DNA of 45,271 nucleotides, taken from contig JAUNLL010000002.1 of NCBI GenBank assembly GCA_030532275.1, positions 1 through 45,271 of the forward strand, in the 5' to 3' direction. Positions 27,967-37,703 of this stretch are shown one piece after another (positions within the stretch are counted from its first letter, which is position 1; each line of letters opens with the position of its first letter). The translations under genes were made by a program, and so were the position numbers. Origin of the DNA: Peptoniphilus sp. GTDB taxonomy: Bacteria; Bacillota; Clostridia; Tissierellales; Peptoniphilaceae. Below the pieces are notes generated by a model. It did not search any database. It saw nothing but the letters and a program-made list of their open reading frames with translations, and was not told where the DNA came from.

Positions 27967-28923
27967 TTAATTGACTACATTTGTGGGATTGCCTGCTAAG
28001 AAATTCGCCACATTGTCTATGGCTATTCTGAGCAGCCTTGCCCTTGCATCTTCCGCCGCCCATGCCATGTGCGGTGTGATGAATGCGTTTTCAGCTTTTA
28101 GTAGGGGATTATCGTCGGGAATGGGTTCCGTGGACACTACGTCCAACCCTGCTGCGTAGACTTTGCCGGAGTTCAGCGCATCTGCCAAATCTCGATCCTT
28201 AACCAATCCTCCACGGGCGGTGTTGAGTATTATCACGCCATCCTTCATCTTTGCGATATTATCTCTGTTTATTATCTCTGCGGTTTCAGGAAAGAGCGGG
28301 CAGTGCAGAGATATGACGTCGGAGTTTGCAAATAGAGTATCGAGGTCGACGAATTTTACATGGTCGGTATCTTCTCTCGGCGTCCTTGTGTAGCAAAGCA
28401 CTTTCATAGATAGAGCTTGTGCGATTTTAGCTACCCTCTGTCCAATTGCACCGTATCCGATCAATCCCATGGTCTTGTCAGCGAGTTCAATCAAGGGGAA
28501 ATCCCAAAAAGTCCAATCCTTTCTTTTGCTCCATTCGCCTTCTTTTACACGATGGGAATGGTATCCGATTCTGTGGCATATTTCAAGGAGAAGCCCCATG
28601 GTGAATTGAGCCACTATATCGCTTCCGTACTCGGGAACGTTGGTAACGGTTATGTTTCTATCTCTTGCGGCCTTTATATCCAACACATTGTATCCTGTGG
28701 AAAGCATACCCATGTACTTAATGTTGGGAGAAGCATCGATTATCTCCTTAGATACAGGCACTTTGTTTAAAAGAACCATATCATTATCGGCAATTCTTTT
28801 GAGTATTTCATCCTTATCCACGGTCAGATCGTGGTATATTGTCAGCTCTCCAAATTTTTTCAAAGGTTCATAACCACCATCGCCTAATTTCAAGCTATCT
28901 CCATCTAGAACAACAATTTTCAT
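27967..28923 (-). CDS. D-2-hydroxyacid dehydrogenase (glycerate dehydrogenase / hydroxypyruvate reductase-like)
   Basis: MKIVVLDG, TGYNV.D, GYGAIG, SLHCPL, NTARGGL, DV...EP, TPHMAW. Confidence 0.88.
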   Translation of the reverse strand: MKIVVLDGDSLKLGDGGYEPLKKFGELTIYHDLTVDKDEILKRIADNDMVLLNKVPVSKEIIDASPNIKYMGMLSTGYNVLDIKAARDRNITVTNVPEYGSDIVAQFTMGLLLEICHRIGYHSHRVKEGEWSKRKDWTFWDFPLIELADKTMGLIGYGAIGQRVAKIAQALSMKVLCYTRTPREDTDHVKFVDLDTLFANSDVISLHCPLFPETAEIINRDNIAKMKDGVIILNTARGGLVKDRDLADALNSGKVYAAGLDVVSTEPIPDDNPLLKAENAFITPHMAWAAEDARARLLRIAIDNVANFLAGNPTNVVN

Positions 28924-29091
28924 AAATTCTCCCCCTTATGTTTTAAATTTCATGTGAAAGTGATTTAATTTACATTAATACACAGAACTTTTACCTTTAG
29001 CTATCAGTTTTATGAAAAAATATACTCTATAATATAATAAATGCGCCAAAAAATAAATGCCTTAATTTAATTATAGGAAACAAGTTGAGTT

Positions 29092-29120
29092 TTGCCCAAG
29101 AGATATAATTATGGTAAAAT
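29092..29120 (+). promoter_or_regulatory. Sigma-A-like promoter of the walJ-surE unit
   Basis: TTGCCC-17 nt-TAAAAT with extended -10 TG. Confidence 0.55.
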
Positions 29121-29140
29121 GTTCTGATGGAGGTTATTAA

Positions 29141-29926
29141 ATGAAGTTTTGTTCATTATCCAGCGGTTCATCGGGTAATTCTCAATATATTGAATATAGG
29201 GACACGAAGGTGCTTGTGGATGCGGGACATTCGGGCAAAAAAATCGAGGAGCTTTTAAAGTCTGCAGGATCCGACATCAAGCAAATAGATGCGATTTTTT
29301 TGACGCATGAACACATAGACCATGTGAAGGGCGTGGGAGTTCTATCCAGAAGGCACGGCATCAAAGTGTTCACCACTTTGGAAACCTGCAAAGCGATGAC
29401 ATCCATCACCAAGGAGATAGATCCCAACAATCTGTATCTTTTTGAAAATAATAAACCCTTTTATTTTAAGGATCTGTATATAGATCCCATGGATTCTTTC
29501 CATGATTGCATCAAGGGCACTTGTTACAGCATAGTGGGAAATGCAAAAATTTCAATCGTAACTGATACCGGTTGGGTAAATAGTGAAATGATGGATAAGA
29601 TGCAAGGGTCCTCTCTTTACTATATAGAGGCAAATCATGACAAAGATATGCTCCTTCAAGGTTCCTATCCTTGGGCTACGAAGCAAAGGATTCTCTCCAA
29701 CAGAGGGCATCTCTCCAACGAAAATACCGGGGAGATTTTAAACAAGCTGCTCAAGAGAAAAAATGAACGAGTTATGCTTTCTCACCTTTCAAAGGACAAC
29801 AACGATCCCAAGCTCGCCGTGAGAACTGTGAGGGATTCTCTGCAAAGAGGCAATATAAAAGAGGGAATTGACTATATAATGGAAGTTGCACCGAGAGATA
29901 ATATATCGAATATATACGAATTATAG
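29141..29926 (+). CDS. walJ: MBL-fold metallo-hydrolase WalJ (YycJ)
   Basis: SGSSGN, THEHIDH, HD, TDTG, EANHD, YPW..KQRI...GHLSN, HLS..NN. Confidence 0.85.
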   Translation: MKFCSLSSGSSGNSQYIEYRDTKVLVDAGHSGKKIEELLKSAGSDIKQIDAIFLTHEHIDHVKGVGVLSRRHGIKVFTTLETCKAMTSITKEIDPNNLYLFENNKPFYFKDLYIDPMDSFHDCIKGTCYSIVGNAKISIVTDTGWVNSEMMDKMQGSSLYYIEANHDKDMLLQGSYPWATKQRILSNRGHLSNENTGEILNKLLKRKNERVMLSHLSKDNNDPKLAVRTVRDSLQRGNIKEGIDYIMEVAPRDNISNIYEL

Positions 29927-29934
29927 GAGGAAAA

Positions 29935-30678
29935 ATGAAGATACTTCTGACTAATGACGACGGATTTTTTGCACCGGGAATAAAGGCAATGGCCAAGGCT
30001 CTTTTAAAGGAAGGCCACGATGTGAAGATTTTTGCGCCGGAATTTGAAAATTCAGGCAAAAGCCACTCCATTACCATCATGGAAAAACTCCATGTGAACA
30101 AAGTGAAAATCAAGGGATTGGATTGCGAGTGTTACAGTGTTTCGGGAACTCCCGCCGACTGTGTGAGAGCGGCAATACAAATCGAAGGTAACAATTTCGA
30201 CTATTGTTTTTCAGGAGTGAATTTAGGGTATAATGCAGGTATGGATATACTCTATTCAGGAACTGTATCGGCAGCCATAGAGGCCAATGTATTCGGCATA
30301 AATGCCATAGCTGTATCGGCAAAGTACGCTCGTGAAAAGACGAGATTTTCATCGGCGGCAAAATCAGCCATAGAAGTTTTTGATAGACTTCACGACAAAC
30401 TTGACGGAGTGCAGGTTTTAAACGTCAATGTACCCAATTTAAAATATGAAGAACTAAAGGGAATCAAAATCTGTAGAGTTGGCGGTTCCGTACTTGACAA
30501 GTACGAAACTGTTAAGACTGAAACGGGTTACACCCTGGAACTTCACGGAAGAAACAGTGAAAAGGAAGTAAGTAAATCTGACAGATACTATCTTGAACAA
30601 GGATATATTACCGTGACACCCTTGGTATATGATTTAAATAATACAGAATTAATAGAAAAGTTAAGTGATGAAATATGA
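29935..30678 (+). CDS. surE: 5'/3'-nucleotidase SurE
   Basis: ILLTNDDG, GTPADC, SGVN.G.N.G...YSGTVSAA.E. Confidence 0.95.
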   Translation: MKILLTNDDGFFAPGIKAMAKALLKEGHDVKIFAPEFENSGKSHSITIMEKLHVNKVKIKGLDCECYSVSGTPADCVRAAIQIEGNNFDYCFSGVNLGYNAGMDILYSGTVSAAIEANVFGINAIAVSAKYAREKTRFSSAAKSAIEVFDRLHDKLDGVQVLNVNVPNLKYEELKGIKICRVGGSVLDKYETVKTETGYTLELHGRNSEKEVSKSDRYYLEQGYITVTPLVYDLNNTELIEKLSDEI

Positions 30679-30965
30679 AATTAAACAAATGGAAAGTGAG
30701 AGAATCTCTGTCTTATAGGATATTTATATCCTTGATAGCTCTCACGGCTATGATAACTTTTATCTCGAAGGACAATCTTGAATTGGACGGGATAAAGTAT
30801 GTTGCAGTGGGTTTGTCCGCAGCATCTCTCTTGGTGCTGATCTTCACCAATGCCATGAACATGGTGGAAACAAAGGACTACACCGCCAAGAGATTTTTCA
30901 ACTTGGGAATAAACATCATCTTCTTTGAAAATTTGGCATATGTATTTTGGTTTAAGTTGCAATGA
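30675..30965 (+). CDS. Small hypothetical membrane protein
   Basis: Three hydrophobic segments; 4-nt overlaps with both neighbours suggest translational coupling. Confidence 0.7.
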   Translation: MKLNKWKVRESLSYRIFISLIALTAMITFISKDNLELDGIKYVAVGLSAASLLVLIFTNAMNMVETKDYTAKRFFNLGINIIFFENLAYVFWFKLQ

Positions 30966-31852
30966 CCTATAAAATAGAATATAAATCCGCTAATAAAATC
31001 GACGATATTCAGGCTGTGATATGGGATTGTGAAAGCCCTAAGGCCCTGCTCCAAATCGCTCACGGAATGAGTGAGTATATAGACAGGTATGAGGATTTTG
31101 CGAAATTTTTAAATACCAAGGGCATAGCGGTGGCGGGAAACAATCACTTGGGACACGGACCTGCGGCCAAGACCTTGGGATATTTCGGCGAGGGAGAAGT
31201 TTGTGAGTATTTAATAGATGATATGAAGTATCTGTCGGATTACTTGCAGGACAGGTACTCTTTGCCGGTTTACTACTTGGGTCATTCCATGGGATCCTTT
31301 ATACTCAGGTATTTTTTGTCAAAATATCCTGCAGAGAAGGCTGTGTTAATGGGCACGGGATATGTGGACAAAAGACTTGCAAGCCTGCTTGTGAAGTTGT
31401 CAAGGCACATGATGAAAAGACATGGTGAAAAATACGACTCAAAATTGCTCTACATGATGACTGTGGGTGCCTACCAACTGAGAGTGCCCAAGGGCGAGAT
31501 ATGGCTTAGCAAAAATCTGGACAACGTCATGAAGTACAAAGACGATCCCTACTGCGGATTTAATTTCACAGCAGGAGGATATGAAGTCTTGGGCGAGTTG
31601 CTCAAGAGGATAGTGGATGAAGATATAATTTCAAGGACTTCCAAGGATGTGGAAATGCTCTTTGTGTCAGGATCGGAAGATGCAGTGGGCGACATGGAAA
31701 AGGGAGTTATAAAGGTTCATGACTTCTACAAAAAATTAGGCTATGAAAATTTGGAAGTGGAATTTTTTGAGAATATGCGTCATGAAATATTAAATGAAAA
31801 GGACAATATAAAGGTTTACAATAGAATATATGAATTTTTAAAGACCCGCTAA
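30962..31852 (+). CDS. Alpha/beta hydrolase (lysophospholipase-like)
   Basis: HGMSE...RY, GHG, GHSMG nucleophile elbow, D.VG, RHEILNE. Confidence 0.88.
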   Translation: MTYKIEYKSANKIDDIQAVIWDCESPKALLQIAHGMSEYIDRYEDFAKFLNTKGIAVAGNNHLGHGPAAKTLGYFGEGEVCEYLIDDMKYLSDYLQDRYSLPVYYLGHSMGSFILRYFLSKYPAEKAVLMGTGYVDKRLASLLVKLSRHMMKRHGEKYDSKLLYMMTVGAYQLRVPKGEIWLSKNLDNVMKYKDDPYCGFNFTAGGYEVLGELLKRIVDEDIISRTSKDVEMLFVSGSEDAVGDMEKGVIKVHDFYKKLGYENLEVEFFENMRHEILNEKDNIKVYNRIYEFLKTR

Positions 31853-31865
31853 GGGGTCTTTTTTT
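31840..31865. terminator. Terminator overlapping the hydrolase stop codon
   Basis: AAAGACCC / GGGTCTTT stem followed by a T-run. Confidence 0.7.
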
Positions 31866-31866
31866 G

Positions 31867-32883
31867 TCAGTTTATTTTCTTTAAGTCTGCGATTAAGTTG
31901 TCGATTTCCTCAGGAGTGGTTCTGTAAGACGTGACAAAACGCAGGATTTTTTCATCTTCGGAGTAGGGAGATACCTCAAAGGAGTTGTTTTCTGCAAGTC
32001 CTTGGATTTTTTCCGTGGGATACAGTATGAACACTTGATTGCTCTGCGGTTCTGCATAGAATTTCACACCCATATCTCTCAAGGATTGCGCAAGGTGTAT
32101 GCTCCTTTCGTAGCTAGTTTTTCCCAATTCATAGTACAGTCCGTCTTCGAAGAGGGCTTCAAATTGTGCACCCAAGATAAATCCCTTGGCAAGTACCGCA
32201 CCTCTTTGCTTCATGTAGCGCCTTATGTTCTTCTTCAAAGCATCATTTACTATTACCAGGGCTTCACCGTAGATGGCGCCGTTTTTAGTACCGCCCAGCG
32301 TGAAGATATCGCAGATGCTACACAGGTCCTCAACTTGCACATCGGAAGCTGCAAGTCCCACCGCCATCCTTGCTCCGTCTATGTATAGATAGCAGTCCAA
32401 TTCCTTACATGTGGCGTAAATATCCTTTATTTCCTCGAGGGAATAGACCGTTCCCAATTCAGTAGTTTGAGAAATATATACCAATTTCGGAGAAACGGTG
32501 AATTCCTCGGACAGTTGCGAATATTTTTTTCTTATGGACAGACTGTTTAGCTTACCGTCCTCGGTAGCGACGGTTTCAATTTTTTTGCCCGTGGCTTCAA
32601 TGGAGCCTGCCTCGTGGGCGTTAATATGGCCGGAGTCTGCGGCTATTATCCCTTCATAGGGCATTAAATTTGACGTTATGGCTATGATGTTGGCAATGGT
32701 TCCGCCGCTTAAAAATTCTATTTCAACATCTTCTCTTTTTAAATCTCTCTTGATGAGTTTCTTTGCTCTGTCTGTGTATGTGTCGAAACCGTATCCCACA
32801 TTGCCCTTGGGATTTACTTCTGTTATCCTCTCAAGGACCCTTTCGTGGCACAAATCGTTATAGTCATTTAAAAATACATTCAT
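31867..32883 (-). CDS. ltaE: Low-specificity L-threonine aldolase
   Basis: F.NDY, GGT.AN, HEAG, TELGTVY, DGAR, GGTKNG (PLP Lys). Confidence 0.85.
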   Translation of the reverse strand: MNVFLNDYNDLCHERVLERITEVNPKGNVGYGFDTYTDRAKKLIKRDLKREDVEIEFLSGGTIANIIAITSNLMPYEGIIAADSGHINAHEAGSIEATGKKIETVATEDGKLNSLSIRKKYSQLSEEFTVSPKLVYISQTTELGTVYSLEEIKDIYATCKELDCYLYIDGARMAVGLAASDVQVEDLCSICDIFTLGGTKNGAIYGEALVIVNDALKKNIRRYMKQRGAVLAKGFILGAQFEALFEDGLYYELGKTSYERSIHLAQSLRDMGVKFYAEPQSNQVFILYPTEKIQGLAENNSFEVSPYSEDEKILRFVTSYRTTPEEIDNLIADLKKIN

Positions 32884-32942
32884 TTCTTTCACCTCAATGT
32901 TATAATTATTATATTACTTATTGGCAGGAAAGGAAGATAAAA

Positions 32943-34016
32943 ATGAAAAATAAACACGGAGCGAATATCTTCGACATATCCAGGCAGTATGGATATGACT
33001 TAAAGGATATTGCGGATTTTTCCTCAAATATAAATCCCATGGGTGCAAGCCCCAGGGCGAAAAAATACTTAATTGAAAACATAGACATGGTCAGCACCTA
33101 CCCCGATACGGACTATGTGGAACTGAAAAATGCCATGGTGGAGTACTCGGGAGCAAGAGCCGAAAATATACTCCTCTTCAGCGGAACGACAGAGGGCATA
33201 GTCAATTATATAAAACTCATAAATCCCAAGAGGGCAATGCTTTTATCTCCCTGCTATTCAGAATATGAAAGGGAACTTAAAAGGATAAATTCAGAGATAT
33301 TCTACTACGATTTAATGGAAGAACAGGAATTTAAAATAAATGTGGCAGACATCATCGATCAAATTCAAGAGAAGAAAGTGGAGATGCTCGTCTTCGCAAA
33401 CCCCAACAATCCCACAGGCACGATTTTGAAAAGAGATGAGATAGAGAAAATATTGCAGAACACCACTGTGAAAATCCTGCTGGATGAAACCTACGTGGAA
33501 TTCACCGACACCGACGTGTTTTCATCGGTACCCCTTACGGAGAGGTACGAAAATCTCTTTGTGGTGCGTGGAGTCAGCAAGTTTTTTTCCATGCCGGGAA
33601 TCAGATTGGGTTATGGAATTAGCAGTTCACAAGAGATAAAGGATTCCGTAAACAATGCGGAGATCCTTTGGAATATAAATATCTTTGCCGACATCATGGG
33701 CAGAGAATCCTTTTTAGATCGCCCCTACCAGAGGGAAGTCTACGAGTTCATAACAGATCAAAGAGAGCTAATGGTGAAGGAGTTGCGAAAAATAGAGGAT
33801 ATAAAAGTATTTGATTCCTACGGCAACTTCGTACTTTCAAAAATATTAAAGGATAAAACCGCTGCTCAACTGAGAGAATACCTGCTTAAATACGGAATGG
33901 TGGTGCGAGATTGCTCCAATTTTAAGAATTTGAGCGACAAGTATTTCAGATTTTGCATACTAAAAAAGGAACAAAATCAAAAACTTCTAAGAGGAATAGA
34001 GGAATTTTTTCGATGA
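32943..34016 (+). CDS. Class I/II PLP enzyme, CobD (threonine-phosphate decarboxylase) / HisC-like
   Basis: HGANI, DFSSNINP.G, NPNNPTG, DETY.EF, SKFF.MPGIRLGY. Confidence 0.8.
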   Translation: MKNKHGANIFDISRQYGYDLKDIADFSSNINPMGASPRAKKYLIENIDMVSTYPDTDYVELKNAMVEYSGARAENILLFSGTTEGIVNYIKLINPKRAMLLSPCYSEYERELKRINSEIFYYDLMEEQEFKINVADIIDQIQEKKVEMLVFANPNNPTGTILKRDEIEKILQNTTVKILLDETYVEFTDTDVFSSVPLTERYENLFVVRGVSKFFSMPGIRLGYGISSSQEIKDSVNNAEILWNINIFADIMGRESFLDRPYQREVYEFITDQRELMVKELRKIEDIKVFDSYGNFVLSKILKDKTAAQLREYLLKYGMVVRDCSNFKNLSDKYFRFCILKKEQNQKLLRGIEEFFR

Positions 34017-34127
34017 TTTAATTTGTCCAAATTTATACACAATCTTAACAATTTCTTAATTATGTTGTTATAGAATCTAAATAGATATGCACTATAATAA
34101 AAATATAATCAAGAGAGGAGAAGCATT

Positions 34128-34733
34128 GTGGATAAAATTCAAAGGAAATCAAGCATAAAATACTGGCTCAATATTGCAGCTATAATATCCACCGTACTTT
34201 GTTTAGGATTTGTGTATTACGGATTTAAAACAGGCATATTCACATCTGAAAACGAACTGGCGAGTTTCCTGCTTAAATTCGGCATATTGGCTCCTGTGGC
34301 GATGATCGCACTTCAGGCGCTGCAAGTGGTATTTCCGGTGGTTCCTTTTGCCATGGGATTGGTGGTCAGCATACTGCTCTTCGGTCCTGTGAAGGGATTT
34401 ATATACAATTATATAGGCATATCCCTAGGCTCAATCATAGCCTTTTTAATAGCAAGAAAGTACGGAGTGGATGTGCTTAATCTTCTCTTCAAGGAAAAAA
34501 CTGTGGACAAGTACAGAAGGATAGGAGCGAACAAGAAATTCGTCAGATTTTTTACCATGGCTATATTTTTTCCCATAGCGCCTGACGATTTTCTGTGTTA
34601 CTTGGCAGGAACTACCAAGATGAAACTGAAAACTTTCATTCCCATAATACTGCTGGGCAAACCGCTATCCCTTGCCTGTTACAGCTTCGGACTTAATTTT
34701 TTGGCAAAGTACATTTCGGTCTTTGTCGGATAG
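34128..34733 (+). CDS. TVP38/TMEM64 (DedA superfamily) membrane protein
   Basis: LQVVFPVVP, GS..AF..AR.YG, P.APDD.LCYLAG.T.M. Confidence 0.85.
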   Translation: MDKIQRKSSIKYWLNIAAIISTVLCLGFVYYGFKTGIFTSENELASFLLKFGILAPVAMIALQALQVVFPVVPFAMGLVVSILLFGPVKGFIYNYIGISLGSIIAFLIARKYGVDVLNLLFKEKTVDKYRRIGANKKFVRFFTMAIFFPIAPDDFLCYLAGTTKMKLKTFIPIILLGKPLSLACYSFGLNFLAKYISVFVG

Positions 34734-34741
34734 GTGGCATA

Positions 34742-35746
34742 ATGAAAGTTTTACTATATACTAAGAATCAAAAACTAATAGATAAAAGCGGCGTGGGAAA
34801 GGCCATAGAGCATCAAAAGAAGGCTCTGGACAGTTTGGGGATAAAGTACACCACGGACTCCAAGGAGGATTTTGACATAGTGCAAATAAACACGGTTTTC
34901 CCTGCATCGCTACTGACCAGTTTAAAATCCAAGAAAAAGAAAATTCCCGTGGTCTATTACGCACATTCCACGGAGGAGGACTTCAAAGAGTCCTTTGTAG
35001 GTTCCAACCTGCTTGCTCCCATATTCAAAGCGTGGATCAGCTTTTGCTACAATTCGGGAGATGTTATAATCACACCTACGGAATATTCCAAAAGACTTTT
35101 AAAGAGCTACAAAAACATCAATAAGCCCATAATCAGTCTGTCCAACGGAATAGATACTCAGTTTTACAAGTATGATGAGGAGAATAAAAACAGATTCAGA
35201 AAAAAATATTCCCTATCTCCTGAAGATAAAGTGGTGATGTCGGCAGGACACTACATAGAGAGAAAGGGAATTATAGAGTTCGTTCAATTGGCACGGGAAC
35301 TTCCTCAATACGAATTTTATTGGTTCGGCTACACAAGCCCCGCCATCGTCACCAAGGAAGTAAAGGCAGCCGTTGAAACAAAACTTCCCAATTTACACTT
35401 TCCCGGATATATCAACAAGGAAGAATTAAGAGATGCCTACACCGGATCGGATCTATTTTTATTTTTGACTCACGAAGAAACGGAAGGCATAGTACTCCTT
35501 GAAGCTCTGGCATCTAAATTGCCCGTATTGGTAAGAGATATACCCGTCTTTGACAACTGGCTCAAAAATGGAGTAAATTCCTACAAGGCGCAAAACCTAG
35601 AGGAATTTAAGGACAAGATTCAACTCATATTAGAAGGTGAAGTGCCCGATTTGACAGAGAAGGGATACCAATTGGCTCTGACGAGGGATTTAAAAAACAT
35701 AGGAAAGGAACTTAAAAAAATTTACAGTTCAAGAAAATTGGCCTAG
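34742..35746 (+). CDS. Family 4 glycosyltransferase (CpoA-like, probable glycolipid synthase)
   Basis: SGVG.A..HQ..AL, HST.EDF..SF.GS, RKG, EETEGIVLLEA. Confidence 0.85.
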   Translation: MKVLLYTKNQKLIDKSGVGKAIEHQKKALDSLGIKYTTDSKEDFDIVQINTVFPASLLTSLKSKKKKIPVVYYAHSTEEDFKESFVGSNLLAPIFKAWISFCYNSGDVIITPTEYSKRLLKSYKNINKPIISLSNGIDTQFYKYDEENKNRFRKKYSLSPEDKVVMSAGHYIERKGIIEFVQLARELPQYEFYWFGYTSPAIVTKEVKAAVETKLPNLHFPGYINKEELRDAYTGSDLFLFLTHEETEGIVLLEALASKLPVLVRDIPVFDNWLKNGVNSYKAQNLEEFKDKIQLILEGEVPDLTEKGYQLALTRDLKNIGKELKKIYSSRKLA

Positions 35747-35761
35747 GACAATTACATTTAC

Positions 35762-35804
35762 AAACTCTCTTTTAGATAGGGATTTATCCGAAGGGGAGTT
35801 TTTT
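35762..35804 (+). terminator. Intrinsic terminator
   Basis: AAACTCTCTTT / GAAGGGGAGTTT stem plus T-run. Confidence 0.65.
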
Positions 35805-36055
35805 AATTGTCGGGAAAGGATTAAAAACCAGGGATGAAATTCATAGAGCTTATCTTTTTAAAAAAATCATATTTATAGTATAATTGTGTCGGTTGAAATA
35901 TTTAAGATGAAGAAAAAAAGGGAATGTCATTGAAATTATCACCTTTGCAACTGTCAGTTGACAAAGTTCAAAGGCGACTTTATGGAATGCAACTGATGAT
36001 TTTGTTAATATTGACCCTAAGAAAAGACGAAACACTCAAGTGAAAGGAGTTAGTT

Positions 36056-37033
36056 ATGATATTAGCGGAAAAGATATTAAAACACAGAAAAGAAAATAAC
36101 TGGTCACAGGAGGATTTGGCATATAAATTAAATGTGTCCAGACAATCCATATCCAAGTGGGAAAGCGGAGCGTCCATTCCCGATATTGAAAGAGTGATCT
36201 TGATGTCGGAGATTTTTGGAGTTAGCACTGACTACCTGCTCAAGGACGAAGTGGATATAGTGGAAAGTGAAAGAGAGTACACCTTGCCGGACAATGAAAA
36301 TGCAAGGAGAATAACCCTTGAAGAGGCCAATGAGTTCATGGAATTTAGCGAAAATCACGCAAAGTTGGTGGCGCTGGGAGTGGCACTGTGTATATTAAGT
36401 CCCGCCCTTCTGATATTCCTCAGTCATCTATCGGAGGCGAAAATAATCGACATGAGTGAAAGCGTCGCAGAAGGAGTGGGCGTAGTTACAATTTTTCTCA
36501 TGGTTTCGGCAGCTGTGGCAATATTTATAAATTTTTCCATGAAGATGAAGGAATACGAGTATTTTGAAGAAGATTTTGACCTTGAATACGGAATAGCGGG
36601 CATAGTGGAGGCGAAGAAGGAGAAGTTTAAACCTCAACATAGAAAATCCATAATAGCGGGCGTTGCTCTCTATATACTTTGTTCAATACCCATAATAATG
36701 ATAGCATCCTTGGGATTTTCGGAAACGGTTCAAACTTCAGGTGTGGCATTGCTCCTATTGGCCGTCGCTGCAGGGACCTTTATGATCATAAGAGCGGATG
36801 GGATACTGGCATCCTATGATAAAATTTTAGAAGAGGGAGATTATACCGAGGAGAAAAAACAGCAGAGGAAAAAATTGGAAACTCTTGCGGAATTATACTG
36901 GATAATCGCAACGGTAATATACCTAGCGTGGAGTTTCTACACCTTTAATTGGTGGTTCACCTGGATAGTATGGCCCATTGCAGGAGTGCTTTACCTGTTA
37001 GTTGAGAAACTTGGCGAGATCTTTATAAAATAG
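36056..37033 (+). CDS. XRE-family HTH protein with C-terminal multi-TM domain
   Basis: SQEDLA..L.VSRQ.ISKWE.G...PD helix-turn-helix followed by about six TM helices. Confidence 0.88.
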   Translation: MILAEKILKHRKENNWSQEDLAYKLNVSRQSISKWESGASIPDIERVILMSEIFGVSTDYLLKDEVDIVESEREYTLPDNENARRITLEEANEFMEFSENHAKLVALGVALCILSPALLIFLSHLSEAKIIDMSESVAEGVGVVTIFLMVSAAVAIFINFSMKMKEYEYFEEDFDLEYGIAGIVEAKKEKFKPQHRKSIIAGVALYILCSIPIIMIASLGFSETVQTSGVALLLLAVAAGTFMIIRADGILASYDKILEEGDYTEEKKQQRKKLETLAELYWIIATVIYLAWSFYTFNWWFTWIVWPIAGVLYLLVEKLGEIFIK

Positions 37034-37102
37034 AATTGTAGATGAGTTACTATTTAAAAATTTAATGGGTATTATAGTTAAAAGATGAATAAAGGAGAAG
37101 AT

Positions 37103-37552
37103 ATGGAACTGCACATAAAGAAAATGGAGGACTTCAGTACCTTTGAACTCCATGAAATATACATGATCAGAGTGGGAGTTTTCATCGTGGAACAAAAATG
37201 CCCCTATCAGGAGATAGACGCCATAGACAGAGATGCCTACCACATTTATTTCAAGGATGATGAGGGAATTAAAGCCTACTTGAGATTATTTGAAGATGAA
37301 GAAGTGCCCGGCAAATATAAAATCGGAAGAGTGATCTCCACACAGAGGAGAAGGGGTTGGGCAAGTAAGTTGTTGAGAGAAGCCATTGATTTCACCCTTG
37401 AGGAATTAAAGGGCGAAGTAATTGAGCTTGAGGCACAGACCTATGCGAGAGCACTCTATGAAAAGGCCGGATTTAAACAGATTTCAGAACCTTTCTTAGA
37501 AGATGACATAGAGCATATAAGGATGGAACTTAAATTAAAGGATGTAGAGTAG
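37103..37552 (+). CDS. GNAT N-acetyltransferase (ElaA-like)
   Basis: VFIVEQ.CPY.E.D, IGRV, AQ......YEK.GF, FLED.I.H..M. Confidence 0.88.
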   Translation: MELHIKKMEDFSTFELHEIYMIRVGVFIVEQKCPYQEIDAIDRDAYHIYFKDDEGIKAYLRLFEDEEVPGKYKIGRVISTQRRRGWASKLLREAIDFTLEELKGEVIELEAQTYARALYEKAGFKQISEPFLEDDIEHIRMELKLKDVE

Positions 37553-37598
37553 GTCTGGAAAAAGACCGATTAAATTAATTTAATTGCATAAAATCGGC

Positions 37599-37682
37599 AA
37601 AATCCCTTCCATTGGAATTTCAGGAGGGGATTTTTAAATTGTGTGGATTGTGGAAATAAAAAAACCCCGAAAAGGGGTTTTT
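37599..37682. terminator. Two adjacent terminator hairpins between convergent operons
   Basis: AAAATCCCTTCC...GGAGGGGATTTT (37599-37635) and AAAAACCCC...GGGGTTTTT (37658-37682). Confidence 0.7.
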
Positions 37683-37703
37683 GATTTTAAATTCCATTGC
37701 GTA

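Noticed and set aside
32763-32942. ORF-track long N-terminal extensions (here the cobD-like gene; similarly 18639, 4629, 4808, 14711)
   Set aside because: They overlap neighbouring genes or promoters and lack an RBS. Downstream starts match the family N-termini better.
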